64,000 nucleotides of DNA, taken from contig JAQUVQ010000009.1 of NCBI GenBank assembly GCA_028693285.1, positions 165-64,164 of the forward strand. Reading direction: 5' to 3'. Of the stretch, positions 37,940 to 47,806 are shown piece after piece. Under the pieces are notes generated by a model, which saw only the letters and a program-made list of their open reading frames with translations, was not told where the DNA came from and searched no databases. The stretch is from Smithellaceae bacterium. Its GTDB lineage: Bacteria; Desulfobacterota; Syntrophia; Syntrophales; Smithellaceae. Every line of letters begins with the position of its first letter. Within the stretch, counting starts at the first letter, position 1. The translations under genes were made by a program, and so were the position numbers.

Positions 37940-39802
37940 TTGAACATCGATAAGACTATTTTGAGCGAAGAAAATCTGCGGAAGATTAAAGCCCTCAACA
38001 ACCCCCATGTGGAAAGAATCGTTGAGGAGTATGCGGCGTTATGCAAGCCGGCGAAAGTATCCGTGATCACGGACAGTTTCGCGGATATCGGCTACATCCG
38101 CCAGATGGCCCTGGATCTGGGCGAAGAAAAAAAGCTGGCCATGCCCGGCCACACGATTCATTTCGACAGTTTTTACGACCAGGGGCGCGACAAGAAAAAC
38201 ACCTGCCTGCTGGTGACGCAGGATATGAAAGTGTCCAAGATCATCGACGTGAAAGACCGGGAGGAAGGCCTCACGGAAATCCGCGGAATCATGGACGGCA
38301 TCATGAAGGGCAAGGAATGTTTTGTCCGGTTCTTCTGCCTGGGACCGCTCCATTCCCGTTTTTCCATCGCCGCCCTGCAGATCACCGATTCCGCTTATGT
38401 TTCCCACAGCGAAGATTTGCTCTATCGGGTCGGCTACGAGCATTTCAAGACCCTGAACGGGTCGGATGATTTTTTCTACCTGGTCCATTCCGCGGGCGAA
38501 CTCGATGAGCGGGGCAACACCAAAAACATCAAGGACCGCAGGATTTACATCGACGTGATCGGGAAAAAAGTGCTGACCGTCAACAATCAGTATGCGGGCA
38601 ACAGCGTCGGGTTGAAGAAACTGGCGCTTCGTCTGGCGATCTACAAGGCCAACAAAGAGGACTGGCTCACCGAACATATGTTCATCATGGGCGTGAAGCC
38701 GGAAGGCAGGAAGCGCGTGACCTACTTTACCGGCGCGTTTCCCAGCGCCTGCGGCAAAACCTCGACGGCCATGGTGCCGGGCCAGCAGATTGTCGGCGAC
38801 GACATCGCCTACATCCGCCACGGCGAGGACGGCCGGGCGTATGCGGTCAATATCGAACAGGGCATCTTCGGCATTATCGAAGACGTCAATCCCATCGACG
38901 ACCCGGTGATTTACGAAGCGCTGACGACGCCGCGCGAGCTTATCTTCTCCAACGTCCTGGTGAAAGACGACAAACCCTACTGGCTGGGCATGGGCCGGAT
39001 TCTTCCGGAGGAGGGCCATAATTTTTCCGGCGAGTGGAAAAAAGGCAAGAAGGATGAAAAGGGCAACGAGATTCTGCTGGCCCACAAGAACGCCCGCTAC
39101 ACGATCCGCCTCAACGAACTGAAAAACGTGGACCCCAAACTCTACGATCCGGAAGGCGTTCCCGTGAGCGGCATCATTTACGGCGGGCGCGATTCCGACA
39201 CGTCCGTGCCCGTGTACCAGAGCTTTGACTGGGCCCACGGCATGTTTATCGGCGCGTCGCTGGAGTCGGAGACGACCGCCGCGACGATCGGCGCGGTGGG
39301 CGTCCGGGAGCTTTCTCCCATGGCCAACCTGGATTTCCTGGTGGTTCCGCTGGGGACGTATCTTTCCAACCATCTGAAGTTCGGCAACCGCCTGATCGTC
39401 AAGCCGCTGGTTTTTGCCACCAACTACTTTCTGAAGGAAGACGGCAAATTCCTGAATGAGAAAGTGGACAAGAAAGTCTGGCTCATGTGGATGGAAGGCC
39501 GGGTGCACGGCGAATACAAGGCGATCGAAACGCCGATCGGCTATATTCCGCATTACGAAGACCTTGCCAAGCTGTTTGTTCAGATTTTCGGCAAAAAGTT
39601 TTCGCGGGAAATGTACGACAAGCTGTTTGCCGTTCGGGTGGAAAAGTTTCTGGAGAAGCTGGTCCGCGTGGAAAAGGCCTACCGGGACGAGGAAAACATT
39701 CCCGATGAATTCCACGCCATCCTCGACATGCTGCGCAACCGTCTGACCGCCGCCAAAGCGAAAGCCGGACAGTCCGTCATCACGCCCGGCGAATTCGAAT
39801 AA
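37940..39802 (+). CDS. pckG: phosphoenolpyruvate carboxykinase (GTP)
   Basis: GTP-PEPCK motifs (FPSACGKTS kinase-1a, YGGRDSD). TTG at 37940 follows GGGAG. The upstream extension of the track ORF looks non-coding. Confidence 0.9.
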   Translation: MNIDKTILSEENLRKIKALNNPHVERIVEEYAALCKPAKVSVITDSFADIGYIRQMALDLGEEKKLAMPGHTIHFDSFYDQGRDKKNTCLLVTQDMKVSKIIDVKDREEGLTEIRGIMDGIMKGKECFVRFFCLGPLHSRFSIAALQITDSAYVSHSEDLLYRVGYEHFKTLNGSDDFFYLVHSAGELDERGNTKNIKDRRIYIDVIGKKVLTVNNQYAGNSVGLKKLALRLAIYKANKEDWLTEHMFIMGVKPEGRKRVTYFTGAFPSACGKTSTAMVPGQQIVGDDIAYIRHGEDGRAYAVNIEQGIFGIIEDVNPIDDPVIYEALTTPRELIFSNVLVKDDKPYWLGMGRILPEEGHNFSGEWKKGKKDEKGNEILLAHKNARYTIRLNELKNVDPKLYDPEGVPVSGIIYGGRDSDTSVPVYQSFDWAHGMFIGASLESETTAATIGAVGVRELSPMANLDFLVVPLGTYLSNHLKFGNRLIVKPLVFATNYFLKEDGKFLNEKVDKKVWLMWMEGRVHGEYKAIETPIGYIPHYEDLAKLFVQIFGKKFSREMYDKLFAVRVEKFLEKLVRVEKAYRDEENIPDEFHAILDMLRNRLTAAKAKAGQSVITPGEFE

Positions 39803-39820
39803 ACGGAAGCCGGTAAAACA

Positions 39821-39856
39821 AAAAAGCCCCGTCCTTTCCGGTGGGGCTTTTTTTGT
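39821..39856. terminator. rho-independent terminator after pckG (bidirectional geometry)
   Basis: aaaaagcccc-gtcctttccggt-ggggctttttttg: a GC stem flanked by an A-run and a T-run. Confidence 0.75.
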
Positions 39857-39923
39857 GTTTTGCATCTCATGACAGCTGTTGCACGGTAAACCTGAAATCT
39901 CTGAATCTTTTCCCTTCCGTCTG

Positions 39924-39963
39924 CAGCCTTCAGCCTTTACCCTTCAGCCTTCAGTCTTCAGCC
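39924..39963 (-). repeat. degenerate tandem 8-mer array (GCTGAAGG units in gene sense) at the 3' end of dctM
   Basis: The plus strand reads cagccttcagcctttacccttcagccttcagtcttcagcc. It shares an exact 17-mer, ccttcagccttcagtct, with the reverse complement of 52856-52892. Confidence 0.7.
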
Positions 39964-41264
39964 TATTTAAGCATCTGCGGAAGGAAGGTTGCGATTTTCG
40001 GAAAGACCATCAGCAAGACCGCCAGCGCGATCATCGCGTAGAGCATGTGCAGCGTGCCTTTAAAGATGACATGCAAAGGCACATCGCGGGCCACGCCCGC
40101 CACCACGTAGGCATTGATGCCGACGGGCGGCGTGATGACGCCCATCCCCGAAACGACGACGATGATCACGCCGAACCAGATCGGGTCAAAACCCAGCGTG
40201 AGTACGACCGGATAAAAAATGGGAATCGTCAGCATGATCATGGCCAGCGAATCCATCAGACAGCCCAGAAGCAGGTAGATGACGATGATGATGCCCATGA
40301 TCACCATGGGAGGAAGCTCTAGACCGGAAACGAATGTTCCGATGTCCGCCGGGATCCTTGTCACCGCCAGAAAATGTCCGAAGACCGTCGCACCGGCGAC
40401 CACGACGAAGATCATGCAGGTGATCCGGGTGGTATCGTACAGAGCGTTCTTGAACCCCTTCCAGGTCAAATGGCGTCCGATCAAAGCGATCAGAATCGTT
40501 CCCGCAGCCCCGATGCCGGCGGCCTCCGTTGGCGTAAAGAAACCGGCAAACAGGCCGCCCATGACCAGAACAAATAGAAGCAGGGTTTCGATGAGGCCGG
40601 ATAAGGATTTGAATTTTTCGGTCCAGGTGCTTTTGGGACCGCGCGGCCCGATTTCCGGACGGAAATATGCCCAGATCAAAACGGACAGAACAAAGAAGCA
40701 GGACAGGAGAATGCCCGGGACCACGCCGGCCATGAACAGCTCGCCGATAGACTGCTCGGTCATAATCCCGTAAATGATGAAAATGGTGCTGGGAGGTATG
40801 AGGATTCCCAGGCTTCCGCCGGCCGCGACCACGCCGGTGGCCAGCGCCGGGTCGTACTTGTATTTTTTCATCTCGGGAAGCGCCACGGAAGCCATGGTGG
40901 CGGCCGTGGCGCTGGTCGAGCCGCACACGGCCGAGAAGCCGGCACAGGCGCCGATGGTGGCGATGGCGAGCCCCCCCGGCAGATGACCGAAAAACTTGTG
41001 GGCCGCGTTGAAGAGGCGGCCGCTGATGCCCGAATGAAAGGCGATTTGACCCATCAGCACAAACAGGGGAATGACGGTTAAGCTATAGGAGCTGAAGGTG
41101 GAATAGAAGTCGCGAATGACCAGGCTCGAGGCGGCGCTCCAGGAAACCAGCACGCCGAATCCCAGGTAGCCGACCAGGGCCATGACAAATCCCACGGGCA
41201 TCCGCAAAAACATCAAAATAATCAGTACGGCAAAGCCGATCAAACCGGTCGTGGTGGGAGTCAT
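39963..41264 (-). CDS. dctM: TRAP transporter large permease
   Basis: 433 aa, polytopic, DctM family pattern. Overlaps dctQ by 4 nt. Confidence 0.92.
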   Translation of the reverse strand: MTPTTTGLIGFAVLIILMFLRMPVGFVMALVGYLGFGVLVSWSAASSLVIRDFYSTFSSYSLTVIPLFVLMGQIAFHSGISGRLFNAAHKFFGHLPGGLAIATIGACAGFSAVCGSTSATAATMASVALPEMKKYKYDPALATGVVAAGGSLGILIPPSTIFIIYGIMTEQSIGELFMAGVVPGILLSCFFVLSVLIWAYFRPEIGPRGPKSTWTEKFKSLSGLIETLLLFVLVMGGLFAGFFTPTEAAGIGAAGTILIALIGRHLTWKGFKNALYDTTRITCMIFVVVAGATVFGHFLAVTRIPADIGTFVSGLELPPMVIMGIIIVIYLLLGCLMDSLAMIMLTIPIFYPVVLTLGFDPIWFGVIIVVVSGMGVITPPVGINAYVVAGVARDVPLHVIFKGTLHMLYAMIALAVLLMVFPKIATFLPQMLK

Positions 41265-41746
41265 GCGTCAATCGTCCTCCGCACGGATTTGATGAAATCG
41301 GCGACCAAGAGCAGGCATAAAAGAGCGCAGCCCGCGGCGATGCCGAAAATGAAGGGATAGGGCGGCATCTGCAGCGTCAGGGATACTTCGCCGCTTTTCC
41401 GGATATCCAGCGCGTAGAGAACCGCCTGGCAGGCGATGACGCCAAAAAGCAGCGCGCCGATGAGGTTGCAGAAGCTTTCGATGGCCAACTGCGCGCGCTG
41501 CGGCAATTTTTCCACCAGGATCTCCACGGCGATGTGCCCTTTTTCCATGGAGGTGAAAGCCAGGGCGAAGGATACGACGATGGTTCCCAGGAATCCCACC
41601 AGTTCATAGGTTCCGGGGATGGGCTTGCCCAACAGGCGCAAAAAAACATCCGCCGTGGACAGCAGCATCATGGCGATGACGGCCGCGCAGGCCAGAATGT
41701 TGAACGCTTTGCCCGCGCGCGTCAGGTATTTTGCCGGACTGAACAT
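41261..41746 (-). CDS. dctQ: TRAP transporter small permease
   Basis: 161 aa with four TM helices, sitting between dctP and dctM. Confidence 0.85.
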   Translation of the reverse strand: MFSPAKYLTRAGKAFNILACAAVIAMMLLSTADVFLRLLGKPIPGTYELVGFLGTIVVSFALAFTSMEKGHIAVEILVEKLPQRAQLAIESFCNLIGALLFGVIACQAVLYALDIRKSGEVSLTLQMPPYPFIFGIAAGCALLCLLLVADFIKSVRRTIDA

Positions 41747-41758
41747 GAATCGGTCCTT

Positions 41759-42790
41759 TTATTTTTTTGCCTTTGCGTGTTTCTTGATCAGGAGCTCCAC
41801 TTCGGCGACGGCCTGCCGTCCGGGCAAACCTTTGCTCTCGGCGCTTTTGATGTAGCCTTCGGCGACCGGCTTGACGGCCTTCTTCCATCGGGCCTGCTCC
41901 GCCGCGGACAGTTTGATTACTTTGTTGCCCAGTTCGGCGGAGAATTTATATCCTTCAATATCCGCATCGTCCCAGGCCTTGCCGGCCACGGCAATCCACT
42001 CCTCACTGACGTCGTCAAACACCTTCTGCACGTCTTTAGGCAGAGCATTCCATTTATTTCTGTTCATGACGACGAACATGGCGGTGGTGTAGCCAATGTT
42101 GGTGCAATCGGTCGTGTATTTGACGACCTGCGCCTGCTTCCATCCCTTCAGGGTTTCCATGGGGGCCAGTGTGCCCTGCACAACGCCTTTTTGCAGCGCT
42201 TCATAGGTTCCGCCCTGCGGCATGGCCACGGAGACGCCGCCCAGCATCTCCACGATTTTAGCGGAAAGCCCCGTGGACCTGATTTTCATGCCTTTGACAT
42301 CCGCCATCGTCCGGACGGGCTTCTGTGTATGCAGAAGCCCCGGGCCGTGTGCGTGCAGATACAGAACCTTGACGTTGTCCAGTTCTTTGGGCTTCATCTT
42401 TTTCGCGAAGTCATTGGCCACGCGGGTGGCAACCATGCCGCTGGGGTAGCCCATCGGCAGATCGAGTGCTTCCAGAAGCGGCAGGCGGCCCCGCGTATAG
42501 GCGAAGCAGGACATGCCGATGTCGGAAATTCCCTTGACAACGCCGTCAAAACACTGATCGGCCGGGGTCAGCGAACCGCCGGCGAAGATGTTGATTTTGA
42601 CCTTGTCCCCGGTGCGTTTTTCAATTTCCTTTGCCCAGGCTTCGCCGGCTTTTGCCTGCGCATGCGTGGCCGGAAAAAAGATGCTGTATGTCAGGGTTGT
42701 CTGCGCCTGAACGCCGCAAGTCCACCCAAAAACAAAAAACACTGCCGCACAGATGATTGAAATGACTGTCAATAAGCTATTCTTTTTCAT
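41759..42790 (-). CDS. dctP: TRAP transporter substrate-binding protein
   Basis: Signal peptide MKKNSLLTVISIICAAVFFVFG. DctP family. The ATG at 42790 follows GGAGGA, and the longer track ORF start is unsupported. Confidence 0.9.
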   Translation of the reverse strand: MKKNSLLTVISIICAAVFFVFGWTCGVQAQTTLTYSIFFPATHAQAKAGEAWAKEIEKRTGDKVKINIFAGGSLTPADQCFDGVVKGISDIGMSCFAYTRGRLPLLEALDLPMGYPSGMVATRVANDFAKKMKPKELDNVKVLYLHAHGPGLLHTQKPVRTMADVKGMKIRSTGLSAKIVEMLGGVSVAMPQGGTYEALQKGVVQGTLAPMETLKGWKQAQVVKYTTDCTNIGYTTAMFVVMNRNKWNALPKDVQKVFDDVSEEWIAVAGKAWDDADIEGYKFSAELGNKVIKLSAAEQARWKKAVKPVAEGYIKSAESKGLPGRQAVAEVELLIKKHAKAKK

Positions 42791-43072
42791 ATAACCCGTT
42801 TCCTCCGATATCCCCAATGTTTCCATCAATAGATACATATCCGCGTTCTTTGGTTGATGCTGGTTTTGGATTTGCGCTGGTGCTTTTGGAAAAGCCTGCT
42901 TACCTGAAGGAATCGGGCAAGCAGGCATCAATACATGTAGGTATAATAAGGCGAGAACGGATTTACTGTAAAAAATGCACTCATGTTAAGTCCATAACGA
43001 TGTATTGAATGTTGCTCTTATGTGATTTTACCGGCGGTGTCAAGATGTATTTGTGCGGTGCGCCGCCGTGTT

Positions 43073-43369
43073 TCAGCTTTGCTTCTTTTCATCCTTTAAC
43101 CGGTCCAGTTCATCGCGGTAGCGTTCGGCCTGGGCTTTGGCGGATTCAATTTCTTCCCTGGCTCGCTCCAATTCTTCATTTTGCCGCTGTCTTTCTTCCC
43201 GTATTTTGTCCTGAATATCGTCAAAACCGACATAGACGGCCAGAGCGCCTCCCAGAAAAAGGAAGATGGGCAGCGCACCCCGGAGAATGGCCAGGAAATC
43301 AGACCACCAGAAAATCAAACTGATCAGTCCGATGACCGCGGCAACGACGCCTCCGAGCAGCAAAGACAT
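43073..43369 (-). CDS. hypothetical membrane protein with charged coiled-coil tail
   Basis: 98 aa with two N-terminal TM helices, then the helix REERQRQNEELERAREEIESAKAQAERYRDELDRLKDEKK. Confidence 0.5.
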   Translation of the reverse strand: MSLLLGGVVAAVIGLISLIFWWSDFLAILRGALPIFLFLGGALAVYVGFDDIQDKIREERQRQNEELERAREEIESAKAQAERYRDELDRLKDEKKQS

Positions 43370-43563
43370 AAGCCCAATCCTCCGCCAATAAAGTTAAATC
43401 CTTTTAATACGATGCTGACGGTTTTTTTATCATGATTGGAAGACGCAGGCAAGCCGGAAATCAACGAAACGAAAGCTAAAATTTCTCTTGATTTAATGGG
43501 GTTCATCCATTAAACATCTTATTTTTATAAGGCGGTAAATAATTGAATTTGCGGAAGGGACCC

Positions 43564-43938
43564 ATGATCGAACCAAACTTTAATAAAACGGACGGGTTGA
43601 TTCCGGCCATCGTGCAGGATGCCCAAACCAAAGACATCCTCATGCTGGCCTACATGAACAGGGCCTCCTGGGAGGCGACGCTGCAGTCGGGCAAGGCCAC
43701 GTTCTGGAGTCGTTCCCGGCAAAAGCTGTGGCTGAAGGGGGAAACCTCCGGCCACGTCCAGATTGTCAAAGAGATTTATATCGATTGCGACGAGGACACC
43801 CTTTTGCTTCAGGTGGAGCAGCTCGGCGGGGCGGCCTGCCACACGGGGCATCGTTCCTGTTTTTTCCGCAAACGCGAGGGCGGCGATTTCGTGGTCGTCG
43901 GCGAGAAGGTTTTTGATCCCGGAGAAGTATATAAATGA
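43564..43938 (+). CDS. hisI: phosphoribosyl-AMP cyclohydrolase
   Basis: [26 protein letters not shown] and DCDEDTLL motifs. Confidence 0.9.
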   Translation: MIEPNFNKTDGLIPAIVQDAQTKDILMLAYMNRASWEATLQSGKATFWSRSRQKLWLKGETSGHVQIVKEIYIDCDEDTLLLQVEQLGGAACHTGHRSCFFRKREGGDFVVVGEKVFDPGEVYK

Positions 43939-44807
43939 ATGTTTTGAAGTTGGGAATCCCGAAAGGGAGCCTGGAAAAGAATACGGTTGATTTATTTCAA
44001 AAAGCCGGCTGGCGGATCACCTATGACAGCCGCAGCTATTTCCCGGATATTGACGATCCGGAGCTTTCCTGCTCGCTGGTCAGGGCGCAGGAAATGTCCC
44101 GCTACATCGAAGACGGTCATCTGGACCTGGGGCTGACCGGCATTGACTGGATCATGGAAAACGACTCCGACGTAGTGGCCGTGCAGGATCTGATTTATTC
44201 CAAGGTTTCCACGCGCCAGGCCAGGTGGGTGCTGGTGGTGCGGGACGATTCGCCCATCCGTTCGCTTGCGGATTTGGAGGGCAAACACATCTCGACGGAG
44301 CTGGTCAACTTTACCCGGAGATATTTTGCTGAAAAGAAGATCAAGGTCGGCGTGGAGTTTTCCTGGGGCGCGACCGAGGCGAAAGTGGTTGACGGTCTGG
44401 TGGACGCCGTCGTGGAGGTCACGGAAACGGGATCGACCATCCGGGCCAACAAGCTCAGGATCGTGCATGAACTGATGAAAACCAACACGCAGCTCATCGC
44501 CAACCGCGAGGCCTGGAACGATCCCTGGAAGAGAAAGAAAATCGATCAGATCCGGACGCTGCTGACCGGGTCGCTGCTGGCGATGGGCAAGGTTGGAATC
44601 AAGTTGAATGTTTCCAGAGCCAATCTGGACCGCGTGATGAGCCTTCTGCCGTCGCTGAAAGCCCCGACCATTTCCAGCCTCTATTCCGAGGAATGGTTCG
44701 CCATTGAATCCGTCATCGATACGGGGGTCGTGCGGGATCTGATTCCCCAGCTTCTGGAGGCGGGAGCGCAGGGCATCATCGAGTATCCCCTGAATAAAGT
44801 CATCTAA
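43935..44807 (+). CDS. hisG: ATP phosphoribosyltransferase (long form)
   Basis: 290 aa with [10 protein letters not shown] and ETGSTIRAN motifs. ATGA overlap with hisI. Confidence 0.92.
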   Translation: MNVLKLGIPKGSLEKNTVDLFQKAGWRITYDSRSYFPDIDDPELSCSLVRAQEMSRYIEDGHLDLGLTGIDWIMENDSDVVAVQDLIYSKVSTRQARWVLVVRDDSPIRSLADLEGKHISTELVNFTRRYFAEKKIKVGVEFSWGATEAKVVDGLVDAVVEVTETGSTIRANKLRIVHELMKTNTQLIANREAWNDPWKRKKIDQIRTLLTGSLLAMGKVGIKLNVSRANLDRVMSLLPSLKAPTISSLYSEEWFAIESVIDTGVVRDLIPQLLEAGAQGIIEYPLNKVI

Positions 44808-44821
44808 TCCGGAGGGCAGCC

Positions 44822-45409
44822 ATGGCCAGAAAGGCAAAGATCGTCCGTAAGACAACGGAAACGGATATCGCGCTGGACATTGATTTGGATAAATCCGCCG
44901 CCAGCAGGATCGATACAACCATTCCCTTCCTGAATCACATGCTGGAGCTGTTCGCCCGTCACGGGCAGTTCAAACTGGTTGTAAAAAGCAAGGGCGACAC
45001 GGAAATCGACGATCATCATTTGGTGGAAGACCTGGGGATTTGCCTGGGGCAGGCCGTGGGGCAGGCGCTGGGCAAAAAGACGGGCATCAATCGCTACGGA
45101 TCGGCGTCCGTGCCGATGGACGAGAGCCTGTGCCGCGTGGACATGGACATCTGCGGCCGCCCCTATCTGATTTACAAGGTCCGGTATGAACGCAGGAAAA
45201 TAGGCGGGTTTGATCCCGCGCTGGTCAAGGAATTTTTCAAGGCGTTCACGGATCACAGCGGCATTACCCTGCACATTACCCTGGAATACGGCAGCAACAG
45301 TCATCACATCATCGAGTCCGTCTTCAAAGCCTTTGCCCGGGCGCTCAGGCAGGCGGTGACTATCAATCCGGAAATTTCAGGCGTTCTGTCCACCAAGGGA
45401 ACGCTTTGA
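44822..45409 (+). CDS. hisB: imidazoleglycerol-phosphate dehydratase
   Basis: RKTTETDI, DDHHLVEDLGI and GSNSHHIIES motifs. Confidence 0.93.
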   Translation: MARKAKIVRKTTETDIALDIDLDKSAASRIDTTIPFLNHMLELFARHGQFKLVVKSKGDTEIDDHHLVEDLGICLGQAVGQALGKKTGINRYGSASVPMDESLCRVDMDICGRPYLIYKVRYERRKIGGFDPALVKEFFKAFTDHSGITLHITLEYGSNSHHIIESVFKAFARALRQAVTINPEISGVLSTKGTL

Positions 45410-45428
45410 AAGAAAGATCAGGCGTCTC

Positions 45429-46115
45429 GTGATCCTGCACCAGGTTCATAGCAAAAGCATCGTCTGCGCCATGTGGCTTCTGGGGTTGCTCATTCTTTGC
45501 CCCGGCGTCCCGCAGGCGCGGGAAGCGGCGAAGGCCGACGATAAAACCGTGGCGCGCGTCGCGGTCATCCCTTTTCAGAAGGTGCTGCCGGAAGAGACGT
45601 CCTCCACCGTTCAATGCCCGATTTGCGGCAGCGTCAATTCCAGCGGCGTCATCTTCGAAGGCGCGGAAAAAATCGTTGAGGAAATGGCGACCGATCATTT
45701 GAGGGATTATAAGGGCGTGGAGATCCTTCCCGCGGAAAAGGCGGCAGGCGTTTACCGGCGGGTATCGACGAGTCTTCTCAAGCAGTCTTTGCTGCAGGTT
45801 TTCCTGGAAACCGGACGGGAACTGAAAGCGGATGTCCTGATGGCGGGGTTTGTGTACCGCTGCCGGGAAAGAGTGGGCTACGATTATTCCGCGGAGCGCC
45901 CCGCGGCGGTTGCCTTTGAAATTCATCTGATTTCCGTGAGCGACGGCCGCACCCTGTGGCGGGGAACTTTCGACAAAACGCAAAAATCTCTGATGGAAGA
46001 TGTTTTTCAGGTATCTTCTTTCTTCAGGGGCGGCGGGAAGTGGCTGACGGCGCGCCAGTTGACGAAGCTGGGAGTCGACCAGATTTTTAAAACCTTTCCC
46101 GGTTTTGAGCGCTGA
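45429..46115 (+). CDS. hypothetical exported protein / lipoprotein inserted in the his cluster
   Basis: Hydrophobic N-terminus MWLLGLLILCPG, VAVIPF motif and a CPICG motif. Start codon uncertain (GTG 45429 or ATG 45471). Confidence 0.55.
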   Translation: MILHQVHSKSIVCAMWLLGLLILCPGVPQAREAAKADDKTVARVAVIPFQKVLPEETSSTVQCPICGSVNSSGVIFEGAEKIVEEMATDHLRDYKGVEILPAEKAAGVYRRVSTSLLKQSLLQVFLETGRELKADVLMAGFVYRCRERVGYDYSAERPAAVAFEIHLISVSDGRTLWRGTFDKTQKSLMEDVFQVSSFFRGGGKWLTARQLTKLGVDQIFKTFPGFER

Positions 46116-46193
46116 CCGGACCGGGGCGTGAATGCCCGCGGAAATGCTCCGGCCGATGTTTCATGAAACGGATCCTTCAAGGAGTCACTCAAG

Positions 46194-46925
46194 GTGCTGA
46201 TTATTCCGGCGGTCGATGTTAAAAACGGACAATGCGTGCGGCTGGCGCAGGGCGATTTCAACCGGGTGACCGTTTACGCTGAAAATCCCGCGGACGTGGC
46301 CAGTCGCTGGGCTCAAAAAGGGGCCAAAAGAATTCACCTCGTGGATCTGGACGGCTCCGTCGCCGGATTGCCGAAGAACGCGCCGGTCATCGTCGAAATC
46401 GCGCAGTCGGTGCCGGTGCCGGTTGAGGTCGGCGGCGGCATCCGCAGCATGGAAACGGTCAACTACTACCTGGAAAACGGCGTATCGAGCGTGATCCTGG
46501 GGACGGCGGCCATTCAGGACGAATCGTTCGTCCGGACGGCGGCCCGAACCCATCGGGGAAAAATCATCCTGGGGATCGACGCGCTCGGAGGGGAGGTCGC
46601 GGTCCGCGGCTGGACGCAAAAGACGGGCGAGAACGCGGTCGAACTGGCGCGGCGCTATGCCCGCGACGGGATCCAGGCCATTGTCTATACGGACATTGCT
46701 CGCGACGGCATGGAGACGGGCGTCAATGTGGAGCAAACCAGGGCTCTGGCGAAAGCCGTCGATATTCCGGTGATCGCGTCGGGGGGCGTGGCGACGCTGG
46801 CCGACATCGATGCCCTGCTGGCCGTCAAGGACTGTTCGTTTTACGGCGTCATTGTCGGCCGCGCGCTTTACACGGGCGCCATCGCCCTGGAAGACGCGAT
46901 TGCGAAGACACAGCGGGCTTCATAA
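46194..46925 (+). CDS. hisA: 1-(5-phosphoribosyl)-5-[(5-phosphoribosylamino)methylideneamino]imidazole-4-carboxamide isomerase
   Basis: MLIIPAVDVKNGQCVRL, HLVDLDG, VGGGIRS and IASGGV motifs. GTG start. Confidence 0.93.
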   Translation: MLIIPAVDVKNGQCVRLAQGDFNRVTVYAENPADVASRWAQKGAKRIHLVDLDGSVAGLPKNAPVIVEIAQSVPVPVEVGGGIRSMETVNYYLENGVSSVILGTAAIQDESFVRTAARTHRGKIILGIDALGGEVAVRGWTQKTGENAVELARRYARDGIQAIVYTDIARDGMETGVNVEQTRALAKAVDIPVIASGGVATLADIDALLAVKDCSFYGVIVGRALYTGAIALEDAIAKTQRAS

Positions 46926-46946
46926 AGCCGGAAGGAGGAAAAGCAT

Positions 46947-47288
46947 ATGGCAGAGTGCATATTCTGCAAGATCATCAAGGGAGACATTCCTTCCAGGAAA
47001 GTTTACGAAGACGATGCTGTGCTGGCGTTTGACGATATCAGTCCCATGGCGCCGGCGCACGTCGTCATCATTCCCAAAAAACACATTGCGACGCTGATGG
47101 ATGTTGATGCGAAAGCGGACATCACGGGAAAATTGATTGCGGCCGCGCAGCAGGTAGCTGAAATAAAGCAGGTGGCCGAGAGCGGATTCCGGCTGGCGAT
47201 CAATTGCAACGCCGACGGGGGGCAGGTGGTATTTCATCTGCACATGCATCTGCTGGGAGGCAGAAAACTGGAAGATCAGTTGGGGTAA
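46947..47288 (+). CDS. histidine triad (HIT) nucleotide-binding protein
   Basis: CIFCKII and the HIT motif HLHMHLLGG. Confidence 0.9.
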   Translation: MAECIFCKIIKGDIPSRKVYEDDAVLAFDDISPMAPAHVVIIPKKHIATLMDVDAKADITGKLIAAAQQVAEIKQVAESGFRLAINCNADGGQVVFHLHMHLLGGRKLEDQLG

Positions 47289-47298
47289 AACGAGGAAA

Positions 47299-47751
47299 GT
47301 GCTTATGGATATTCAGGCCAAATTGAATGAAGACATGGTGACGGCTGCGAAGGCCAAAGACAAAATCCGGCTCTCCGCGCTTCGCATGCTGAAAACGGCG
47401 CTCCACAACAGGGAAATCGACCTGATGCGGCCGCTCAACGAGACGGAAACGATGCAGGTCCTTTCCGGGCTCGTCAAGCAGAGAAAAGATTCCATCGAAC
47501 AGTTTGCCAAGGGGGGCCGGCAGGATCTTGTGGAGAAAGAAGAAGCGGAGCTGAAAATTCTGCAGGATTTCATGCCCGCGCAAATGTCGGATGAAGAAGT
47601 GGAAACGCTCATCCAAAAGGCGATTGCCGACGTGGGCGCCGCTTCCGTCAAGGACATGGGCAAGGTGATGAAGGTGCTGATGCCGCAGATTACCGGCAGG
47701 GCGGACGGGAAAGCCGCCGGTGAAAAGGTAAAAGCGCTTCTGTCGCGGTAA
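47299..47751 (+). CDS. GatB/YqeY domain protein
   Basis: 150 aa. The pattern L.ED...AMKAKD..RL..LR.. matches the YqeY family. Confidence 0.85.
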   Translation: MLMDIQAKLNEDMVTAAKAKDKIRLSALRMLKTALHNREIDLMRPLNETETMQVLSGLVKQRKDSIEQFAKGGRQDLVEKEEAELKILQDFMPAQMSDEEVETLIQKAIADVGAASVKDMGKVMKVLMPQITGRADGKAAGEKVKALLSR

Positions 47752-47806
47752 GGCAGGTTATTCGCGAAACGGACTCAAACCATCAAAACAGGGCAGGCAA
47801 TCCTTC

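Noticed and set aside
38039-39865. 608-aa ORF antisense to pckG
   Set aside because: Same reasoning. PEPCK motifs are unambiguous on the plus strand.
39879-39965. Possible CRISPR or minisatellite
   Set aside because: The units are only 8 nt, degenerate and contiguous, with no spacers. No cas genes are in the window.
42791-43072. sigma54 promoter or other clear regulatory site upstream of the TRAP dctPQM operon
   Set aside because: No TGGCAC/TTGC pair with correct spacing occurs on the minus strand. There is only an imperfect hairpin (gcctgcttacc...gggcaagcaggc) of unclear meaning.
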